From NCBI RefSeq assembly GCF_006345805.1, contig NC_043003.1, forward strand, positions 44,020,001-44,084,000: a stretch of 64,000 nt of DNA, given 5' to 3'. This document shows, piece by piece, positions 55,858 to 64,000 of the stretch (its first letter is position 1; each line of letters begins with the position of its first letter). Both the position numbers and the translations under genes were made by a program. The notes beneath the pieces were generated by a model, which saw nothing but the letters and a program-made list of their open reading frames with translations, searched no databases and was not told where the DNA came from. This DNA comes from Octopus sinensis (taxonomy: Eukaryota).

Positions 55858-55908
<51 letters not shown>

Positions 55909-56559
55909 TATGTATATATATATATGTATATATAAATGTATATGTTTATACAAATACATATACATACAGACACACACACATATATATATATATATGTGTG
56001 TGTGTGCGCCCGTGTGTGTGTGTGCGTGTTTATGTGTATGTGTGTATGTCTACAGACATCATATTAACGATTTACCGATCTTTAACAAATTTTGAGCAAA
56101 TCTTACCATCAATGGTATTTTCCAGAACGAATCAAAGTATATATGATGTTTAGATTTAATCTATTTATGCACAATTAAATCTTAGATCTGAAAAGATGCC
56201 GTGGTTTCGAATTCGGTGTCCATGTTTAACTATGCCGAATGCTTCATCAACGTGTCGAGGTATTATCGTGATATCAAAATACATTTAGAGATTTAGGCAT
56301 GCAAGATATTGCATTTCTGACATCGCATATGGTATCGCAATAAGTGAATAAATCTTCTTATTTGTGAAAATGGTGTTTACTTGAAAATTATGGTGTACTA
56401 TGTTACTAAGGTAAAATAAAAATGTTACACATTTAATTTGTCAATGGCGTGAGAAGTACTTGATAGGTAATAAGATATATAAACACATTTGTATACATGC
56501 TTTTATACGTATGTATATTTGTGCGCGTGTATATATATATATGCATATATATATATATT

Positions 56560-56599
<40 letters not shown>

Positions 56600-57773
56600 A
56601 TAAATATTAGGGAATAAATCCAAATTTACAGGGAAAAAATCAGATTTAGGATTGAATCCAATTTTATAGTAAAATATTATAAAATATTAATTAGAGACAA
56701 AACCACTATTATGCAAATCAAACAAAGAAAGACTTAATCCAATACATAAAAAAATTTATATATCCACATACATATACATACACATTTATCTATAAACAAA
56801 CAGACACTCACAAACACACATACCCCCTCATATATATATATTTATATATATATATATATATATAAAGAGAGAAAGAGAGAGAGAGAGAGATGTACACAAC
56901 CTTAAAAAATATTCATGTACATTTATACACACAGACATACACATAATTTTAAAACTTTGATTACTTGGATGTTTCGTCGAAAGATTGGTGCAGACGATGT
57001 CTAACTTAATGGCACAACTTGATAAGATTTCTGCGAAAAAAGAAATGAGCAGCAGCACATATGTATTGGTATATATATGATATAGTTGCATTAGTATGTA
57101 TACGATAAAAAAGTTACCTTGTTTAGATATTTCTCTATGTTACTAATTGCGTAACGTAAAATTTTATGTTCTTTTTTTGTTATTCCTCCGTTATCTACAC
57201 ATTCTTTTATTAACCACAAAGGGAGAACAGAGAGGGGACATACAGACATGCGGTGACAAAACAACACATGGAAAATGAATGACAAGGAATATAATTACCA
57301 TGAAAATGAGACGGCCATCTCGGCCTCGCTCTGAGATGAAACTGTGATTTATTTTTTTCTTTTTAACCTTGCATTCTAACGAAGAAGGTTTTACAATTGT
57401 CCATTCAACCGAGATGGTTACGGGCTTTACTTTTTTTAAAAACAAAAATTTAACCAAAATATTTTTAAGAGTCTTTTCACAGTCATTAAATCATATCTTA
57501 CCATTTTATCTTCTCTTTTATATCAACATGAACAAACCACCGAGGCATTGGTTCAATATCCACCTCCGGCCCCAATGGATTCACGTATGATGGGAAAGCT
57601 TCCTTTAAAGAGCTATACCTTCTATCATCCATTATGATACACCTCATACTCTGGTCGTAACCTTTTACATTGACTTTTGGAAATTCTTCTCTCTAGATTT
57701 TAGGTTGAATATGATTTTATCTATAAGATTATTGTGTTATATACATGCATAGATACATAGATACATACGTACA

Positions 57774-57824
<51 letters not shown>

Positions 57825-57889
57825 TATTTGCATACATATAAATACAAAAGTATGCATTTATATGTAAATTATATATATATATATATATA

Positions 57890-57924
<35 letters not shown>

Positions 57925-59469
57925 CACATACACATATACATATAAACACACGCATACACATATACACATATATAGATAGATAGATTACATGAATAGTCAC
58001 ATATACTTGCATGCGTCCATAAATTTGTTGATATATAAACGTAAGTTGTACTCATATACGTATCTGTACTAATCGTTGTATAGGTGTACGTCATACAATT
58101 AAACAAATAAAGAATGTGAAGATGTTTCTCATAAAACTTCAAATTTCATGGAACCATTTATATTCTGACAGAAGACACCATCTGGAATGTCACGCCTAGT
58201 TTTCACGACCCCATTTATAACATTTATATAAACCATTATAAAATTACACATGTAATTTCCAAAATCGAAGATAAATGAAAAACACTCTGCTTCTGTATTC
58301 CTGAATAAACATGACAATATATGTTGCATGCTTTACCTTAAATTTTATATAGTCTTTACACATTCATATTGACATCAAAATTGCAGTCACGCAATATTTA
58401 ATATATAGTTGAGGCTACTAAATGACTTTGTTACACGTAAATTCATATGCTCAGTTGTAGCAACTTTATATAAAATGGATACTAATTTTATCGGATTTGC
58501 TAAATTTGTCATCGTTCAGTAAACGTGTTAAGACCTACTTGAAATTTCATAAATTTTGGTGTTTTAACTCCAGCGTAACTAATGAACATTTTCAAGCTGA
58601 TTACCTCTTTCACACAAAAAGTGAACTTTGGTAACAGTACATCTGTGACTTTTACTTCTAAACGTTTATACATGATTTGTAAGTGTTGATTTTTAAATGC
58701 GTATGATATATTCAAAGATAACATTTTTTTAGGTGTTTGGGTAGTTGATTCTCATGTCTGTCAGTATTAGCTCAATTTTTTTTTCCTATTTTAATTGCTA
58801 TAATTATGTTACATATTTATTGTAATATATCGGGATGGTCATTTCCTTTTTTTGCGAAATAAACACATGCCTTATATATTCCTTCTTCCCATGTTTATTA
58901 TTGTTCTTAATTTATGCGCATGGTCTGGAATCTTTCATCACACATCTGTGATCTCTTCAGCGACCATTTATTTTGCAAGAAAATATAAATGACCAATCTG
59001 AAGTCTAACAATATCTGCTTCAACACACGGTTTCACATCAGAAAACTTGTAAAATAAATTTGTAAACATATTTTAGTCTATCTTTGAGTTAAACGGTTGA
59101 TGGTTCAGCAAACGTGCAAAATGGATATTTAAGCAACACCATGCGGAAAAGTAAGCTTGTATAAATACACACTTCATTATAGAAAGAAATGTCAAATTCT
59201 TTTGAAAGATTAAGTTGGTTCTTATTACTTGCTTTCTCATCCATGATTGCCTTAATATTAAAAAAAAAAATCTGTTAAAATCACATCTAACTTCAACACT
59301 ATCTCAAATCTATAAACAATTTATGAATGAAGAAATATCAATTGCATGTCAATTTACCAAAATAATACAAAATTATTAATATAGAAAATCAGTTATTACT
59401 TTCGATTAGGGAAGGCGGAGGTTTTGTTTGTTTGTTTGCTTGTTTGTGGACAAGATATCTCAAGAACCA

Positions 59470-60450
59470 CTGGATGAAATACTTGAAAAAACTGAAAAAA
59501 GGACAATTATTTGTAGAACGTTGGATGTGGCAACGAAAACGTTGAAGTAGCAGCGGAGGAAGCGGTAGAGCAATGTCTACGAGAGATAAAGGATACAACA
59601 ACATATTAAGCTAGTGGAAAAAGATACGGCACAGTGGTGGTACGCTTCGTAAGCGAAGAAGAAGCGAGGAAACACTCGTAGAAAGTACTATGGTATGTTA
59701 CAAGAAATTGTAGAGATAGAAAAGAAAATTTCAAAAATGAAAGATACAATAAGGATTAAAATAGCTGACAATGAGGACACACGACATGAGAAAGCGGTGC
59801 TGTTAGAGGAAGAACTAGCAAGAAGGTTGTGGCAAACGTGTGACCATATATCAATAGGCAGAGTGCCCCCAGAAATTGATGAGGCGTGGCTGGTGGCAGC
59901 CATCCGCTATAACACAGAGGAAGCTGCTCAGGTATTGAAGATATCAAGAACGACGGAGATGAACTGTTGGGGGTTTGGACCTCCACAAAATTGCGGAAGA
60001 GCTGGTGCTGCCAGATGAGACAAGATTAAGGTTCGTGGTGGAAGGGAGTCCTCCAGTATGTTATTTATGTGAGTAAGGGACGCCTGAAAACAACGTGTCC
60101 CCAGCAACACGAACAGAAGGAGGCGGGGAAAAGCGCCAGGAAGAAGAGGGCGCAACAGCGGAGGAGGAGGATATGGTGGAAAAATATACAGTGGTAGAAA
60201 GAAATAGGAGTTATGTGATTTCTCTACCTAAAAGCCCGAAGAAGAAAAGAATGGCAGAGGAGAACAAGAACGAGAAAAGAAGGAATGATGAGCCAAGTGA
60301 GGAACGAACACAAAGACCGTTGCATTCAACTAGTAAGGAGGAAGATGGGCGGAAGAAGAAGAAACATGAAAGGGAGAAGGAAAGACAGAAGAAGAGGGTG
60401 GTGAGGAACTGCAGAGAGGGCCACCGTAGGGGAAATATGAAAGAACTATG
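59470..60450 (+). pseudogene. Decayed gag-like ORF1 of a non-LTR retroelement (RRM-like segment + CCHC knuckle + charged tail)
   Basis: GKRYGTVVVRFVSEEEARKH, IGRVPPEIDEAWLVAAI, VVEGSPPVCYLC(G)SKG(H/R)LKTTCPQ across frameshifts. No ORF2 seen downstream. Confidence 0.62.
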
Positions 60451-61717
60451 AACTATGTTATAAAAAAAGTTTAGAGATAGAAAAGAATGCTCTTGTTTTT
60501 TTTTTATTTATCTTTAATTTTGGTAAAACAGTCATTTTTGAAACGTTTAGAAAATTAGGGAAGTCCAATAAAATTATGCCACAACCGTGTTATTAATATT
60601 TACAATGACGAGTATCTTATGTATCCTCAATAAATATTAAAAACTTTCCGTTCGTAGAACGCTCTTTTTCAAAACATTTTAAACTTTGAAATGATTTGAT
60701 ATTTCTGAAATCATAATTTGGACCAGATTCTTATAACAGTAAATTAAAACATTTGCATTAAATAAAAGTAATCAATATTTCACTTCTTCTGGAGAATAAA
60801 TTTAAGTGAGAGGTACATGGAAACAGGAGGAGGCTGTGGAAGGAAGAGATAGATAACAAAATTGCTAAGTGTTTGTGTATGCATCTAGAGGTGCGTATGA
60901 GCTTATATGCGTGTGTTTATGCATGTATGTGTGTGTGTGAGTGTGTGTGTGCACATGTGTGTGTGCCTGAGAGAGAGAGAGAGAGAGAGAGTGGGTGTGC
61001 GTGTGTGTGTGTCTATATATCCGCAATATGACTGAAATTTAAGAAAGTTTCTTTGCAAATATGAGATGACTGTTCGATACCGAGGCGTAGCAACATTGAA
61101 AAATATTATTTTCTCTAATCCCGATTTGAACTTAGAAGGTGCGTGAAACTGGGTTGATTGAAATAAGTTAAATATATTTTTAATTCAGAAAGATACGGGC
61201 TTGTTATACATTTCTTGACATTGATTCTGTCAGAGAAATAACTCAAAGATACGTAACACCGTGGAATACTCAACTACTAACTCAATAAGAACCGTGTACG
61301 ATATTCAGGTGATCGAATTCCTGAATCCTCACCTCAGCCAGATAACAACAACCGTCACTATCATATCAATTTAAAAACATTAAATATGTATAGGCTTTAG
61401 CATATGTAAATGCATATACAGAGGAATGAGTGTATCTGTGTGTTTGTCTGTATGCATGTATTTGTATGTGCCTATCTAACTACCCATTCAACTACATACA
61501 TACACAAAAGACACATAATCATACGTATATACATATATACATACACACACATGTACACACACGCACACACTCACACACACACACACATACACACACCTAT
61601 ATATATATATATATATACTTTGGTGAGAGAAAAGAAATCGATAATCTTAAATTTTATTCAATACTCGAATGCATCTGCCAATATTCTGCTTTAATCTCCT
61701 ACTCTCATATGAACATA

Positions 61718-61789
<72 letters not shown>

Positions 61790-61959
61790 AAACTAAATAT
61801 TGATGCTTTATATATAACAATATACAATCATGGACATTAATATGCGATCGAAAAGTAACAACGCCAATGAAAAGATTATCACGATACATACGCACACACA
61901 CACACACATTCATACACGCACACATATCATATACGTATAGAGAGGTGGAAACACAGCTA

Positions 61960-61962
61960 GCG

Positions 61963-62026
<64 letters not shown>

Positions 62027-62027
62027 T

Positions 62028-62118
<91 letters not shown>
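61960..62118. repeat. (GATA)n tetranucleotide microsatellite (another at 41440-41525)
   Basis: Direct reading. Confidence 0.98.
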
Positions 62119-62817
62119 GCTTATGTACATGCGTATATGGATTATCGGAGATATTATAGTACTCATTACAAACACTGGGGTTACATGATCTTGATCCTGA
62201 AGTTATGCAACAATGTCTATTGTAATTGGACATTAAACTTCCACTGTATTCTTGCTGATTTATTTGTAATACATGATTCACTTATCCCACACAAAATCAA
62301 ATTTATTCTTCTACTACCTAATATAACATTGTAATATATCACATCTTGACTCGATATATTGATAAGAAGGAACCCAGAAAGTATGAATAAAATATATATC
62401 CCCAGAAAGATTGTTTTATATGAATAATATCAAATACCATTTCGTTGAGAACTACCAATTTGAGATGAATAAGTGGTTGAAGCTAAAGGATTGGCTAAAC
62501 GTAAAAGGGAATGTATATCAAAATTTCAGATCAAAGGGGAGAAAATTCAATATAGTGGAAGTGGTAGAGCGGGTGGATACCCTTCAGCAGTCTCTTTGAA
62601 ACTGAAATTGCTGTATATAAGTGTATATGTTTAATATTATTACACGTAAGTGTTATTGTATATGGATGCTGGACTAGCTAGAAAAAGCCATCAGTCCTTC
62701 CTTAAACCATTCCATGCTGACTTCAAAATCAGAGGAAACATTGCAAAAATATATTATGCCTTCAAAAATAAAGCAACATATGGGCAGTTCTATATTTAAG
62801 AGATGAGGAATTATATA

Positions 62818-63215
62818 CACTATTTACATTATATACATTCGACGGATATCTGTCCTCATCTTGTTTGTTGTCAACACAACGTTTCGGCTGATATACTCCC
62901 CAGGTGTCTTGGGGAAATTTAGAACCTGGGTTCTCATTCCTAACTATTTACATTATTTTACACAAACTATTTACACTATTTACGTTATTTATATTCGACG
63001 GATATTTGTCCTCATCTTGTTTGTTGTTAACAACGTTCCTGCTGATATACCCCCCAGCTTTCTTCAGGTGTCTTGGGGAAATTTAGGAATGAGAATGCAG
63101 GTTCGAAATTTCCCCAATACACCTGAAGAAGGCTGGAGGGTATATCAGCCGGAACGTTGTGTTAACAACAAACAAGATGAGGACAAATATCTGTCGAAAG
63201 TAAATAATGTAAATA
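62818..63215. repeat. Three copies of a roughly 120-bp unit: two direct (minus) then one inverted (plus)
   Basis: GTCCTCATCTTGTTTGTTG..GCTGATATAC..CAGGTGTCTTGGGGAAATTT occurs at about 62852 and 63008, with its reverse complement at 63106-63190. Confidence 0.92.
63117..63163 (+). ncRNA. Minimal hammerhead motif, one core mutation (GAAA>GGAA)
   Basis: ACAC-CUGAAGA-A-GGCUG..CAGCC-GGAAC-GUU-GUGU. Confidence 0.55.
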
Positions 63216-63529
63216 ATGAACATATGTTTAGTTGCAATGTTCTTATTTTGAGACATGCTTGGGATAATACAGACGGACACACACACATACATATACATGG
63301 AAGTCCTATATATTACTCCAGGCAATTCATAGTACATATACTGATAAGCACATAGATATATACTCAAAGTATAAACCTCAGTAATATTGGGACGTCTGCA
63401 CTGACACGTATGTTATGAAACTCGGAAGTAATAGATAAAAGACTGGATAAAATATAAGAAAAACATCAACAATCTCGTTGAGGAATGTATTTCTTAAGCT
63501 CTATGACTATTTATATATTATTTTATTCT

Positions 63530-63750
63530 TTTATTTGTTTCAGTTATTTGACTGCGGCCATGCTGAAGCGCTGCCTTTACTCGAGCAGATTGCCCCCAGG
63601 ACTTATACTTTGTAAACCTAGTAATTGCTCTATCGGTCTATTTTGATGAACCACTAACTTACGGGGCACACCAACATCGGTTGTGAAGCGTTGATGACGT
63701 GGGACAAGCACAGATACACAGGCACATATATATAAGCATTAAACACAGAC
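63530..63750 (-). mobile_element. SINE 3' half, same family as 41862
   Basis: TTTCAGTTATTTGACTGCGGCCATGCTGAAGCGCTGCC..CCAACATCGGTTGT. Confidence 0.8.
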
Positions 63751-63793
63751 ACAGATACACACACACATATATATATGTTGATATATATATTAT

Positions 63794-64000
63794 ATGTGGA
63801 GGCGCAATGGCCCAATTGTGGTCGTAGGATCGCGGTTTCGATTCCCAGTCCGGGCGTTGTCAGTGTTTAGTGAGCGAAAACACCTAAAGCTCAACGAGTC
63901 TCCGGCAGGGTGTGGTGGTGATCCCTGCTGTATTCTTTCGCCGCAACTTTCTCTCATTCCTTCTTATGTTGGCCTGCTCGCTTAGCCAGCGGGGTGGCGT
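63794..64000 (+). mobile_element. tRNA-derived SINE (same family as 31210-31518), runs off the window
   Basis: TGGAGGCGCAATGGCCCA..GGTTTCGATTCCCAG..GCTTAGCCAGCGGGGTGGCGT. Confidence 0.88.

Noticed and set aside
62150-62640. Protein-looking short frames on both strands (also 23108-23467, 27650-27890, 31919-32116, 48438-48623)
   Set aside because: No recognisable motif or consistent splice signals, and lengths are compatible with chance.

Overview
AT-rich, microsatellite-dense eukaryotic non-coding DNA, most likely from an octopus (inferred from the SINE families, Dong/R4 retroposons and repeat load; not proven). No complete host gene could be read. Recognisable content: a near full-length CR1-group LINE (34.1-39.2 kb, minus) with a CCCH-finger ORF1 and a higher-order tandem array in its 5' region; six Dong/R4 (RT + REL endonuclease) copies stacked in one (TAA)n-derived microsatellite field (15.9-21.0 kb) plus one at 30.2 kb; decayed Penelope-like, RTE, Gypsy, mariner, Tc1 and Helitron-like elements; many tRNA-derived SINEs. 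The most striking pattern is about 14 hammerhead-ribozyme-like motifs in at least five unrelated short repeat families. All are of the minimal type-I, palindromic-helix-III form, and four of these loci are inverted-repeat (foldback) structures. A probable TATA/MEF2/E-box first exon of a minus-strand gene lies at 25.05-25.42 kb. Most short ORFs in the supplied track are microsatellite translations. All alignments and folds were done by eye, so boundaries are approximate.
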